From contig JAUNDG010000002.1 in NCBI GenBank assembly GCA_030526195.1, forward strand, positions 25,248 through 89,247: a stretch of DNA of 64,000 nt, given 5' to 3'. This document shows positions 10,160 through 19,479 of the stretch, piece after piece. This stretch comes from Lachnospiraceae bacterium. GTDB lineage: Bacteria; Bacillota; Clostridia; Lachnospirales; Lachnospiraceae. Made by a program: the position numbers and the translations under genes. Within the stretch, counting starts at the first letter, position 1. Each line of letters opens with the position of its first letter. The notes below the pieces were generated by a model that searched no databases, was not told the DNA's origin, and saw only the letters and a list, made by a program, of their open reading frames with translations.

Positions 10160-11422
10160 ATGGGAATGACTATGTCACAGAAGATCCTGGCTGCTCATGC
10201 CGGTCTTGACAGCGTTGTTGCCGGTCAGCTCATCGAAGCTGATCTGGACCTTGTCCTGGGCAATGACATCACATCTCCGGTTGCCATCAAGGCTATGGAG
10301 AAATTAGGGAAAGAGGGCGTCTTTAACAAAGATAAGATCGCTCTGGTCATGGACCATTTCATTCCGAATAAAGATATCAAATCCGCCGAGCACTGCAAAT
10401 GTGTCCGCGAATTTGCCCGTCGCAATGATGTGACCAACTACTTTGATGTTGGTGAAATGGGTATCGAGCATGCTCTGGTACCGGAAAAAGGTCTGATCGT
10501 GGCCGGTGAACTCTGCATCGGTGCCGATTCACATACCTGCACCTATGGTGCTCTGGGTGCCTTCTCAACAGGTGTCGGTTCCACAGATATGGCCGCCGGT
10601 ATGGCCACAGGCAAAGCCTGGTTCAAGGTGCCGGAAGCCATCAAGGTCAACGTTATCGGCAAGAAGAGCCCCTATGTCACCGGTAAGGATCTGATCCTTC
10701 ACCTCATCGGTGAGATCGGTGTTGACGGTGCTCTGTATCAGTCACTGGAATTCGTGGGCGAAGGCATTGCCGATCTGTCCATGGATGACCGTTTCACCAT
10801 TGCTAACATGGCCATCGAAGCCGGTGCCAAGAACGGCATTTTCCCGGTGGACGAACTGACACAGGCTTACATGAGAGAACATGCCGGCCGTGAAGGTATC
10901 GCCTACGAGGCTGATCCGGATGCCGTTTACGCGTCAGAGATCACCATTGATCTCTCTCAGCTGAAACCCACCGTTTCCTTCCCGCATCTGCCGTCCAACA
11001 CCCACACCATCGATAAGGTGGGCGATATCGCAGTGGATCAGTCTGTTATCGGTTCCTGCACAAACGGCCGCATCAGCGACCTGCGGGCTGCCGCTGAGAT
11101 CCTGAAGGGCCGCAAGGTCAAGAAGGGTGTTCGCTGCATCATCATCCCGGCTACACAGGCCATTTACCTGCAGGCTATGGAAGAGGGGCTTCTGAAAATC
11201 TTCATCGAAGCCGGTGCCGTTGTGTCCACACCGACCTGCGGTCCCTGCCTTGGCGGTTACATGGGTATCCTGGCTGCCGGTGAGAGATGTATCTCCACCA
11301 CAAACCGCAACTTTATCGGCCGTATGGGCGATGTGACATCAGAAGTTTATCTTGCCAGCCCCTATGTGGCCGCAGCCAGCGCTGTAACAGGTAAGATTTC
11401 ATCACCGGAGGAACTGGCCTAA
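10160..11422 (+). CDS. leuC: 3-isopropylmalate dehydratase large subunit
   Basis: Aconitase-family Fe-S motifs ([24 protein letters not shown]). It is followed by the overlapping leuD. Confidence 0.93.
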   Translation: MGMTMSQKILAAHAGLDSVVAGQLIEADLDLVLGNDITSPVAIKAMEKLGKEGVFNKDKIALVMDHFIPNKDIKSAEHCKCVREFARRNDVTNYFDVGEMGIEHALVPEKGLIVAGELCIGADSHTCTYGALGAFSTGVGSTDMAAGMATGKAWFKVPEAIKVNVIGKKSPYVTGKDLILHLIGEIGVDGALYQSLEFVGEGIADLSMDDRFTIANMAIEAGAKNGIFPVDELTQAYMREHAGREGIAYEADPDAVYASEITIDLSQLKPTVSFPHLPSNTHTIDKVGDIAVDQSVIGSCTNGRISDLRAAAEILKGRKVKKGVRCIIIPATQAIYLQAMEEGLLKIFIEAGAVVSTPTCGPCLGGYMGILAAGERCISTTNRNFIGRMGDVTSEVYLASPYVAAASAVTGKISSPEELA

Positions 11423-11907
11423 TGGAAGCAAACGGAAGAGTATTCAAATTCGGGGATAACATCGATACCGACGTTATCATTCCCGCTCGTTATCTGAACT
11501 CCTCAGATCCGGCAGAACTGGCTGCCCACTGCATGGAGGATATCGATAAAACATTTACACAGCGTGTGGCTAAGAACGACATCATCGTCGGTTGCAAGAA
11601 TTTCGGCTGCGGGTCTTCCCGTGAGCATGCCCCCATCGCCATCAAGGCTGCCGGGGTCAGCTGTGTTATCGCTGAGACCTTTGCCCGTATTTTCTACCGC
11701 AACAGCATCAACATCGGTCTGCCCATCGTGGAATGCCCGGAGGCTTCCCGTGAGATCAATGACGGTGACGAGGTGGAAGTAAACTTTGACACAGGTGTCA
11801 TTCTGGATAAGACCACAGGCAAGTCCTATCAGGCTCAGCCCTTCCCGCCCTTCATGCAGAAGATCATTGCGGCCGGCGGTCTGATGAATTACGTAAATTC
11901 AAAATAA
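11422..11907 (+). CDS. leuD: 3-isopropylmalate dehydratase small subunit
   Basis: [14 protein letters not shown] and [10 protein letters not shown] motifs. ATG overlaps the leuC stop. Confidence 0.93.
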   Translation: MEANGRVFKFGDNIDTDVIIPARYLNSSDPAELAAHCMEDIDKTFTQRVAKNDIIVGCKNFGCGSSREHAPIAIKAAGVSCVIAETFARIFYRNSINIGLPIVECPEASREINDGDEVEVNFDTGVILDKTTGKSYQAQPFPPFMQKIIAAGGLMNYVNSK

Positions 11908-11910
11908 TGG

Positions 11911-11939
11911 TTGCTAACAACAGCGAATACTGATATAAT
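11911..11939 (+). promoter_or_regulatory. candidate sigma-A promoter (TTGCTA-17-TATAAT) upstream of tRNA-Pro/T-box/leuA
   Basis: TTGCTA at 11911-11916, a 17-nt spacer and TATAAT at 11934-11939. The -10 sits in the loop of a 10-bp inverted repeat, CGAATACTGA/TCAGTATTCG (11924-11948). Confidence 0.5.
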
Positions 11940-11951
11940 CAGTATTCGTTA

Positions 11952-12025
11952 CGGGGTATGGCGTAGCTTGGTAGCGCGCACGGCTGGGGGCCGTGAGGTC
12001 GCGAGTTCGAATCTCGCTGCCCCGA
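11952..12025 (+). tRNA. tRNA-Pro (anticodon GGG), no encoded CCA
   Basis: Hand-folded cloverleaf: acceptor CGGGGTA/TGCCCCG, D arm GCGT..GCGC, anticodon stem CACGG/CCGTG with loop CTGGGGG (GGG, G37), T arm GCGAG-TTCGAAT-CTCGC, discriminator A. Confidence 0.9.
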
Positions 12026-12042
12026 TTTAACTTCATAAAAGA

Positions 12043-12338
12043 AAAGCGATGACAGGGAATAGTACATACGGCCCGGAGCACAGAGAGCCGGCGGTTGGTG
12101 TAAGCCGGCGGAAGGAAAGTATGGAACTCGCCCTCGAGCCTCTGTCCGAAATCCGATCAATCACAGGAGAGTAGGCGCAGACGTATGCCCCACGTTACAG
12201 GGGCAGGATATAAAGATCATATGATCCGTATCCGACAAGTGCATGGCCCTGGCCATGAAGAAGAGTGGTACCGCGCAGGACATCAAGTCTTTCGTCTCTT
12301 ACAGATTGTCGTAGGGGGCTGAAGGGCTTTTTCTTTTA
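12043..12338 (+). promoter_or_regulatory. T-box leader riboswitch, probable Leu (CUC) specifier, controlling leuA
   Basis: Stem I elements (GCGATGA..AGTA, AGAGAGCCGG, GGTTGGTG). GAA-CTC specifier at 12127-12129. T-box core GTGGTACCGCG at 12265-12275; UGGU would pair with a discriminator A. Terminator AAGTCTTTC...GAAGGGCTT followed by TTTTCTTTT. Confidence 0.85.
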
Positions 12339-12380
12339 TGAAAATAAAAATATTGCCGTTTATGTAAAGGAGTCATAAAA

Positions 12381-14033
12381 ATGTTTGATTTCAGAAAGTA
12401 CAAAAGACAGTATTACATGCCGCCCGTTGAATGTATGGACTGGGCAAAAAAGGATCATATTGAAAAAGCCCCGATCTGGTGCTCCGTCGACCTTCGTGAC
12501 GGTAATCAGGCTCTGGTCATCCCCATGAGCCTTGAACAGAAGCTGGAATTCTTTAAGCTTCTGGTGGATGTGGGCTTTAAAGAAATCGAGATCGGTTTCC
12601 CGGCAGCCTCCGAGACAGAGTATGAGCTTTGCCGTGCCCTGATTGACCGCCATATGATCCCGGATGATGTCACCATTCAGGTTCTGACACAGGCCCGTGA
12701 TCACATCATCCGCAAGACATTTGACGCCATCAAGGGTGCGCCCAATGCCATCGTGCATGTGTACAATTCCACGTCCTATGCTCAGAGACAGCAGGTCTTC
12801 CGTAAATCAAAAGAAGACGTGAAGCGCATCGCCATCGAAGGCGCCAACCTGCTGAAGGAACTGACAGCCGAGGCTGAAGGCAACATCCGCTTTGAATACA
12901 GCCCGGAAAGCTTCTCCGGTACAGAGATGGAATATGCGCTGGATGTGGTCAATGCCGTGCTTGACGTCTGGCAGCCCACCGCCGACAACAAACCCATCAT
13001 CAACCTGCCCATCACCGTCGAGCTGTCCTCACCCCATGTGGTGGCTCAGCAGATTGAGTACATGAGCAAGCATATGAAATATCGCGAAAATGTCATCATT
13101 TCCATCCATCCCCACAATGACCGGGGCTGCGGTGTGGCCGATGCTGAGCTGGGCGTTCTGGCCGGTGCCGACAGAGTCGAAGGCACACTTTTCGGAAATG
13201 GTGAACGGACCGGCAACGTGGATATCATCACCCTGGGCATGAACCTTTACATGCAGGGTGTGGATCCGGAACTTGACTTCTCCAACATGCCCCACATCTG
13301 TGATGTGTATGAGAGAAGCACCGGCATGACCATCAATGAAAGAAGCCCGTATTCCGGCCAGCTGGTCTTTGCCGCCTTCTCCGGTTCTCACCAGGATGCC
13401 ATCGCCAAGGGTATGAAATGGATCGAAGAGAAGGATCCGGCCCACTGGACCGTCCCGTATCTGCCCATCGATCCCAAGGATGTGGGCCGCAGCTACGATG
13501 CCGATGTGATCCGTATCAACAGCCAGTCCGGTAAGGGCGGTGTCGGCTATATCCTGGAGCACTATTACGGCCTGATGCTGCCGAAGCAGATGAAGGAAGC
13601 CATGGGCTATGCCTGCAAGGCTGTGTCCGACAGAAAGCATGCTGAGCTGTCCGCCTCCGAAATCTTCAACATTTTCAAGGACGAGTTCGAGGGCCACACC
13701 ATTCCGCTGTCCATCAGCGAGTATCATTTCAATCGTGAAAATGGCATGAAGGCCACCGTCAACGCTGTGATGGATGATGTGGAAACTGTCGCCGTCGGCG
13801 AAGGTAACGGTCGTCTCGATGCCGTCAGCAACGCGCTGAAATCTGTCTACGGCTTTGACTACTCACTGGAAGTCTACAGCGAGCACGCTCTGGAGAAGAG
13901 TTCTTCCTCCAAGGCTATCGCTTATGTGGGTCTGAAATGGCCGGATGGCCGCATGACCTGGGGCGCCGGTGTCCACAGCGACATCATTCATGCCTCCATC
14001 GATGCGCTGGTGACAGCCATCAACAACAAGTAA
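12381..14033 (+). CDS. leuA: 2-isopropylmalate synthase (long form)
   Basis: DLRDGNQA, HPHNDRGCGVA and the C-terminal regulatory domain. 550 aa, downstream of the Leu T-box. Confidence 0.93.
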   Translation: MFDFRKYKRQYYMPPVECMDWAKKDHIEKAPIWCSVDLRDGNQALVIPMSLEQKLEFFKLLVDVGFKEIEIGFPAASETEYELCRALIDRHMIPDDVTIQVLTQARDHIIRKTFDAIKGAPNAIVHVYNSTSYAQRQQVFRKSKEDVKRIAIEGANLLKELTAEAEGNIRFEYSPESFSGTEMEYALDVVNAVLDVWQPTADNKPIINLPITVELSSPHVVAQQIEYMSKHMKYRENVIISIHPHNDRGCGVADAELGVLAGADRVEGTLFGNGERTGNVDIITLGMNLYMQGVDPELDFSNMPHICDVYERSTGMTINERSPYSGQLVFAAFSGSHQDAIAKGMKWIEEKDPAHWTVPYLPIDPKDVGRSYDADVIRINSQSGKGGVGYILEHYYGLMLPKQMKEAMGYACKAVSDRKHAELSASEIFNIFKDEFEGHTIPLSISEYHFNRENGMKATVNAVMDDVETVAVGEGNGRLDAVSNALKSVYGFDYSLEVYSEHALEKSSSSKAIAYVGLKWPDGRMTWGAGVHSDIIHASIDALVTAINNK

Positions 14034-14110
14034 GCGGCCGCCGATAGCGGATATGCCCAAATAACCCCTTACTTTTTCAGTAAATATCAGGCGGCTGTGT
14101 CTGCGCTCCG

Positions 14111-14139
14111 TTGCGTAAACACAGCCGTTATGCTATAAT
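14111..14139 (+). promoter_or_regulatory. candidate promoter for thrC (TTGCGT-17-TGcTATAAT)
   Basis: TTGCGT at 14111-14116, a 17-nt spacer and an extended -10, TGCTATAAT, ending at 14139. It is preceded by a 9-bp hairpin, CGGCTGTGT/ACACAGCCG. Confidence 0.45.
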
Positions 14140-14175
14140 GTCATCCGAAAAATTTTCTGATAGGAGCTTAATCTT

Positions 14176-15663
14176 ATGGCAGTTATGTATAAAAGCACAA
14201 GAAGTGCTCTGGAACCGGTAACGGCTTCCCAGGCAATCTTAAAGGGCCTCAGCCCGGACGGCGGACTCTTTGTTCCGACCGAAATTCCTTCACTCCCCGC
14301 TTCATTAGAAGATCTGGCCCCGCTGTCTTATCGCGAACTGGCCTATGAGATCATGAAGCTTTATCTGAGTGACTTTACAGAAGAAGAACTGAAGCACTGC
14401 ATCAACAGTGCGTATGACAGCAAGTTTGATGATGAGCGCATCGCCCCCATGAAGGAAGCCGACGGCATCCACTATCTGGAACTGTTCCACGGCGCCACCA
14501 TCGCCTTCAAGGATATGGCTCTGTCCATCCTGCCGCACCTGATGACCACATCAGCCGCCAAGAATGACATTCACAATGAGATCGTCATCCTGACAGCCAC
14601 ATCCGGTGACACAGGTAAGGCAGCCATGGCCGGTTTTGCCGATGTGCCGGGCACCAAGATCATCGTGTTCTATCCGAAGGACGGTGTCTCCAATATCCAG
14701 GAGAAGCAGATGGTCACACAGCGCGGCGACAACACCTACGTTGTGGCCATCAAGGGTAACTTTGACGATGCGCAGAACCGTGTGAAGGCTCTGTTCAGCG
14801 ATAAGGCTCTGGAACAGGAACTGGCCGCTGCCGGTATCCAGTTCTCCTCAGCCAACTCCATCAACATCGGTCGTCTGGTGCCGCAGATCGTCTACTATGT
14901 CTATGCCTACACCACACTGGTCAGAGAAGGCAAGATCAAAGCCGGCGACGAGATCAATGTCACCGTGCCCACCGGCAACTTCGGCAACATCCTGGCGGCT
15001 TATTACGCCAAGGGTATGGGCCTGCCCATCAAGACACTGGTCTGCGCCTCCAACGAGAATAAGGTGCTTTACGACTTCTTCGCCGACGGTGTTTATGACC
15101 GCCGCCGCGATTTCATTCTGACAACATCACCGTCCATGGACATCCTGATCTCCAGCAACCTGGAACGTCTGATCTACCAGATCGGCGGCTGTGATCCGGA
15201 CCGCAACAAGGCCTTTATGACAGCCCTGGTCAATGACGGTGTTTATACCATCGGCGATGATATGAAGGTCGGTCTTAAGGACTTTGTGGGCGGTTTCGCC
15301 TCAGAGGCCGAAAACTTTGCCGGTATCAAGGCACTGTATGAAAAGACAGGCTATGTCATCGATACTCACACAGGTGTGGCCAATGCTGTGGCCCGCGCCT
15401 ACCGCGAGAAGACAGGCGATATGACACCCATGGTGATCGCCTCCACCGCCAGCCCCTTCAAGTTCGGTCGCGCCGTTATGGGCGCCGTAGCCCCGGAAAA
15501 GGTGGTTGACGATGACTTCGCCCTGATCGACGCGCTGTCCGCAACAGCCGGCGTGAAGGAACCCTTTGCGATCACTGACATCCGCACAGCTCCCGTCAGA
15601 CACAACACCGTTGTGGACAAGGATGAGATGGAAGCTGCCGTCAGAAAGATCCTGGGCATCTGA
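14176..15663 (+). CDS. thrC: threonine synthase (long form)
   Basis: PLP-lysine region HGATIAFKDMAL and SGDTGKA. 495 aa. Confidence 0.92.
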   Translation: MAVMYKSTRSALEPVTASQAILKGLSPDGGLFVPTEIPSLPASLEDLAPLSYRELAYEIMKLYLSDFTEEELKHCINSAYDSKFDDERIAPMKEADGIHYLELFHGATIAFKDMALSILPHLMTTSAAKNDIHNEIVILTATSGDTGKAAMAGFADVPGTKIIVFYPKDGVSNIQEKQMVTQRGDNTYVVAIKGNFDDAQNRVKALFSDKALEQELAAAGIQFSSANSINIGRLVPQIVYYVYAYTTLVREGKIKAGDEINVTVPTGNFGNILAAYYAKGMGLPIKTLVCASNENKVLYDFFADGVYDRRRDFILTTSPSMDILISSNLERLIYQIGGCDPDRNKAFMTALVNDGVYTIGDDMKVGLKDFVGGFASEAENFAGIKALYEKTGYVIDTHTGVANAVARAYREKTGDMTPMVIASTASPFKFGRAVMGAVAPEKVVDDDFALIDALSATAGVKEPFAITDIRTAPVRHNTVVDKDEMEAAVRKILGI

Positions 15664-15726
15664 TTTTAAGAAAATGACGTGTCGCAGCCGGTTCATTACC
15701 GGCTGTCACCGGACAGGAGCTTGCGT

Positions 15727-17121
15727 ATGAAATGGCAGCAGCTGCTTTCCCAGAAAAGAAGAGGCTCTCTTGCCAGCGGGCGGGAGAGGAAGGACCTGCG
15801 GACTGAATTCGAGAAGGATTACCATCGGATCATCGGCAGCGCCTCCTTCCGCCGTCTTCAGGACAAGACTCAGGTCTTCCCCCTGGATAAAAGCGATTTT
15901 ATCCGGACGCGGCTGACCCATTCACTGGAAGTGTCCTCCATCGGCCGGTCCCTGGCGGAAAACATCTCTGCCTCCATTATGGAAAAACGGCTGGATCCCA
16001 CCTTTACCCTGGAGACCAAGGAAGCGGTCTGCGAGATTTTGCAGTGCGCCGGGCTTATCCACGATATCGGCAATCCGCCCTTTGGTCATTTCGGTGAGGA
16101 GGCCATCCGGGAGTGGTTTGTGCACCACTTGCCGGAGCTTATGGTGAACGGTCGCCGGGCAGTCGACCTCCTGGATGAGCAGGAACTGGCGGACCTTCTT
16201 CATTTTGAAGGTAATGCCCAGGGCCTTCGGCTGGTGTCAAAGCTCCATTTTTTTAATAATGAACATGGCATGGATCTGACCTATGGGCTCTTATCCTGCA
16301 TGATCAAATACCCGGTGTCATCCGTCGAGATCGATGACTCCGCCGCCGATATCCGTTTTAAGAAAATGGGTTATTTTAAGGCGGAACAGGATCTCTTTGA
16401 TACCATTCAGACTGAAACGGGCACCTGCGGGGCCCGGAATCCGCTGACCTTTATTCTGGAGGCGGCGGATGATATTGCCTATGCCACCGCGGACATCGAG
16501 GATGCCTTCAAGAAGGGCTTTTTCGATATTTATACCTTCCGCAAGGAGATGGATGAGCGGGGCGTACCGGTGGAAATCATCGCCACCCTGGATGAGCTTT
16601 ATGAAGAGGCTCTGTGCCGGAAACTCACCAATCCGCAGGAATATGTGCTGATGAACAGTCTGACGATCTGGCAGAATCGTCTGCTGGAAACCGCAACGGA
16701 CAGCTTCATCACGCATTACAAGGCCATCATGGATGGCACCTTTGTCTCAGACCTCTTATCCGGGTCAAGGGACGGTGTGCTGCTGGAGGCCTTGAAGGGC
16801 ATCGCTTATGACTATGCCTTTACCTCCGCCTCGATTTATCGGACGGAGATCGCGGCCAACACGATCCTGACCTATCTTCTGGATCATCTGGTACCGGCCG
16901 CCGTGGCCTTTAACGGCCGTACGTCACCCGGGCTCATGGAAGAGAAGTTCATATCCCTGGTGTCGGATAATTACAAAGCGACCTATAATCATGAGTCTGT
17001 CGGTCTTGATGAGAACCGGAAACTGTATCTGAAGCTCTTGCTGGTGACGGATTCCATCAGCGGTATGACAGATTCCCATGCCCGGGATCTGTTCCATGAA
17101 CTGACCGGCAACAAAATATAA
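15727..17121 (+). CDS. dgt: dGTPase-family deoxynucleoside triphosphate triphosphohydrolase (HD domain)
   Basis: FEKDYHRIIGSASFRRLQDKTQVF, RLTHSLEV and HDIGNPPFGH motifs. AGGAG lies 7 nt before ATG 15727. Confidence 0.85.
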   Translation: MKWQQLLSQKRRGSLASGRERKDLRTEFEKDYHRIIGSASFRRLQDKTQVFPLDKSDFIRTRLTHSLEVSSIGRSLAENISASIMEKRLDPTFTLETKEAVCEILQCAGLIHDIGNPPFGHFGEEAIREWFVHHLPELMVNGRRAVDLLDEQELADLLHFEGNAQGLRLVSKLHFFNNEHGMDLTYGLLSCMIKYPVSSVEIDDSAADIRFKKMGYFKAEQDLFDTIQTETGTCGARNPLTFILEAADDIAYATADIEDAFKKGFFDIYTFRKEMDERGVPVEIIATLDELYEEALCRKLTNPQEYVLMNSLTIWQNRLLETATDSFITHYKAIMDGTFVSDLLSGSRDGVLLEALKGIAYDYAFTSASIYRTEIAANTILTYLLDHLVPAAVAFNGRTSPGLMEEKFISLVSDNYKATYNHESVGLDENRKLYLKLLLVTDSISGMTDSHARDLFHELTGNKI

Positions 17122-17355
17122 AAATATAAATATGAGCTCCTGGGATGTTCGACGCCCTGTTTTTTATCTGAACCTACATTTGAATTTTCGGGATGTCAAC
17201 ATCGCCGTTCTCAATGTCGGGCCGCCGATTGCAGCGGAAGACAGCGAAACGGTTGAGGCAACCCACCTGGCGACTGTTAGGCGTCAGTTTTGCAGGAACG
17301 GCACCCCGGGACATTTAAGAAAGCATTTTCTGAAGACATACTGTCTTGATCCGAT

Positions 17356-18420
17356 ATGGTAAAAAAGATTAGAGAGGTAATCGGAGCTTTTGTTCAGAGG
17401 ACACTGGACGATCACATGGGATCCTATGCCGCCACCTGCGCATTTTTCCTGATTCTGTCCTTTGTGCCCCTGATCATGATCCTTCTGGTGGTGATCCGAA
17501 AGACCCATGTAGACGAAACCTTTATTATGAACGGCATCATTTCCATTGTGCCCGCCGGTATTAAGGACTATATCGCGACCATCATCAATGAAGTCTATAT
17601 CAAGCCCTTCACAACGGTGCCGATCTCCATCTTCATGTTGCTCTGGTCTGCGTCCAAGGTCATCCATGCCCTGACCAACGGTCTTAACGTGATCAATCAT
17701 GTGAAGGAAACCCGAGGCTGGTGGTATTTGCGTTTCCGGTCCATGATCCTGGTGGGACTTATGCTGCTGGTGATGGTGGTGCTGGCCCGTTTCATGTTCT
17801 GGGGGGCCGGTATGAGCGGCACCTTCTCGGATGTGCCGATCCTGGGGCCCATCGTGGATGTGCTCCGGCCGTTTAAGAGTCTTGTGGGTTATGCGGCCCT
17901 GATCATGGCCTTTGACCTGATTTACACGCTGCTCCCCAACGAGCGCTCGTCATTTAAGTCGCAGCTGCCCGGGGCGCTGCTTATCGCCACGGTGTGGATG
18001 ATGGTGTCTTATGTGGTCACCATTTACTATACTCATACCAACAATTTTGCCACGATTTACGGATCCCTGACCGGTATTATTCTGGCTATGATCTGGGTCT
18101 ACTTCTGCATGTATTTCCTGCTTGTGGGAGCGGAGCTCAACCGGATCATCCTGGAGAATCCGGAGGATAATATGATCCTGAACACCATTCAGGATGTGAA
18201 GGAAGAATCAAAACTGCGGAAGGAAGCGATTCGAAAAGAGATCGAACGCCAGAAGCGGGAATCAACAGATGAAATATTTAAAACGGCCGCGGAACGAGAG
18301 GCTGTCTTGAATAGTATGGAAGACCATGAGGTGGATGAGGAGACCGGCATTGACTTAAGTCTGGTCAGGTCTGAGGTCTACCGCCATGATGATGAACTCT
18401 GGGAGGAAGAGGATGAGTGA
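17356..18420 (+). CDS. YihY/BrkB-family inner-membrane protein with charged C-terminal tail
   Basis: Six predicted TM segments, the YihY-like N-terminus (GSYAATCAFFLILSFVPL) and the conserved GAELN. The acidic/lysine-rich tail overlaps the pheS start. Confidence 0.75.
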   Translation: MVKKIREVIGAFVQRTLDDHMGSYAATCAFFLILSFVPLIMILLVVIRKTHVDETFIMNGIISIVPAGIKDYIATIINEVYIKPFTTVPISIFMLLWSASKVIHALTNGLNVINHVKETRGWWYLRFRSMILVGLMLLVMVVLARFMFWGAGMSGTFSDVPILGPIVDVLRPFKSLVGYAALIMAFDLIYTLLPNERSSFKSQLPGALLIATVWMMVSYVVTIYYTHTNNFATIYGSLTGIILAMIWVYFCMYFLLVGAELNRIILENPEDNMILNTIQDVKEESKLRKEAIRKEIERQKRESTDEIFKTAAEREAVLNSMEDHEVDEETGIDLSLVRSEVYRHDDELWEEEDE

Positions 18421-19441
18421 TATCGAAGTAAAAGTAAAAGAGATCATGCAGGACGCGCTCGGCAAGCTGGAAAGCGTGAAGGAAATGGATGCTCTTAACG
18501 AGATCCGCGTGAATTTCCTTGGCAAAAAGGGTGTCCTCACATCTGTTATGAAATCCATGAAGGACGTGGCACCGGAAGATCGTCCCAAGGTGGGTAAATG
18601 GGTCAACGAGGCCCGTGAAGCCATCGAGTCACGTCTTGAAAATGTGAAAACCGTTCTCGAAAATGAGATTCAGGACCGCAAGCTCAAGGCTGAAGCCATT
18701 GACGTCACACTGCCGGCCACTGAAAAAATGATGGGCCACAGACATCCCAACACCATCGCTCTTGAAGAAGTTGAACGCATCTTCGTGGGTATGGGTTATG
18801 AAGTCATCGAAGGTCCGGAAATCGAGTTTGACGAATACAACTTCACCAAGCTGAACATCCCGGCCGATCATCCGGCCAAGGACGAACAGGATACCTTCTA
18901 TATCACAAAGGACATCCTGCTCAGAACCCAGACATCACCGGTTCAGGCCCGTGTTATGGAAAAGGGTCATCTGCCCATCCGTATGATCTCTCCGGGTCGT
19001 GTTTTCCGTTCCGACGAAGTGGATGCCACCCATTCACCGTCCTTCCATCAGATCGAAGGTCTTGTCATCGACAAGAATGTCACCTTCGCCGATCTGAAGG
19101 GTACACTGGATGTGTTCGCCAAGGAACTGTTCGGTCCGGAAACCAAGACAAAGTTCCGTCCCCATCATTTCCCCTTCACAGAACCCTCTGCCGAAGTGGA
19201 TGTGAGCTGCTTCAAGTGCGGCGGCAAGGGCTGCCGTTTCTGCAAGGGTGAAGGCTGGATCGAGATCCTGGGCTGCGGTATGGTGCATCCCCATGTTCTT
19301 GAAATGTGCGGCATCGATCCCAAGGAATATCAGGGCTTTGCCTTCGGTGTCGGTCTTGAACGTATCGCACTTCTGAAATATGAGATCGACGATATGCGTC
19401 TTCTTTACGAAAACGATATCCGTTTCCTGAACCAGTTCTGA
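18413..19441 (+). CDS. pheS: phenylalanine-tRNA ligase alpha subunit
   Basis: Class II aaRS motifs (HPxxxxxxxFY, RSDEVDATHSPSFHQIEG, GFAFGVGLERIA). GGAGGAAGAGG RBS before ATG 18413. Confidence 0.95.
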   Translation: MSDIEVKVKEIMQDALGKLESVKEMDALNEIRVNFLGKKGVLTSVMKSMKDVAPEDRPKVGKWVNEAREAIESRLENVKTVLENEIQDRKLKAEAIDVTLPATEKMMGHRHPNTIALEEVERIFVGMGYEVIEGPEIEFDEYNFTKLNIPADHPAKDEQDTFYITKDILLRTQTSPVQARVMEKGHLPIRMISPGRVFRSDEVDATHSPSFHQIEGLVIDKNVTFADLKGTLDVFAKELFGPETKTKFRPHHFPFTEPSAEVDVSCFKCGGKGCRFCKGEGWIEILGCGMVHPHVLEMCGIDPKEYQGFAFGVGLERIALLKYEIDDMRLLYENDIRFLNQF

Positions 19442-19479
19442 TACGAGTGCGATAAGACCATTTTTAAGGAGAAAGACAA

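Noticed and set aside
11939-12160. 73-aa ORF on the minus strand between leuD and leuA.
   Set aside because: It overlaps the hand-folded tRNA-Pro gene and Stem I of the T-box leader, so the region is explained by RNA features.
17132-17362. 76-aa ORF, or a possible riboswitch, in the 234-bp dgt-yihY spacer.
   Set aside because: There is no RBS and no motif. I looked for T-box (GGTGGTACCGCG) and other familiar riboswitch cores, since pheST lies downstream, and found none. The spacer remains unexplained, but I have no positive evidence for any element.
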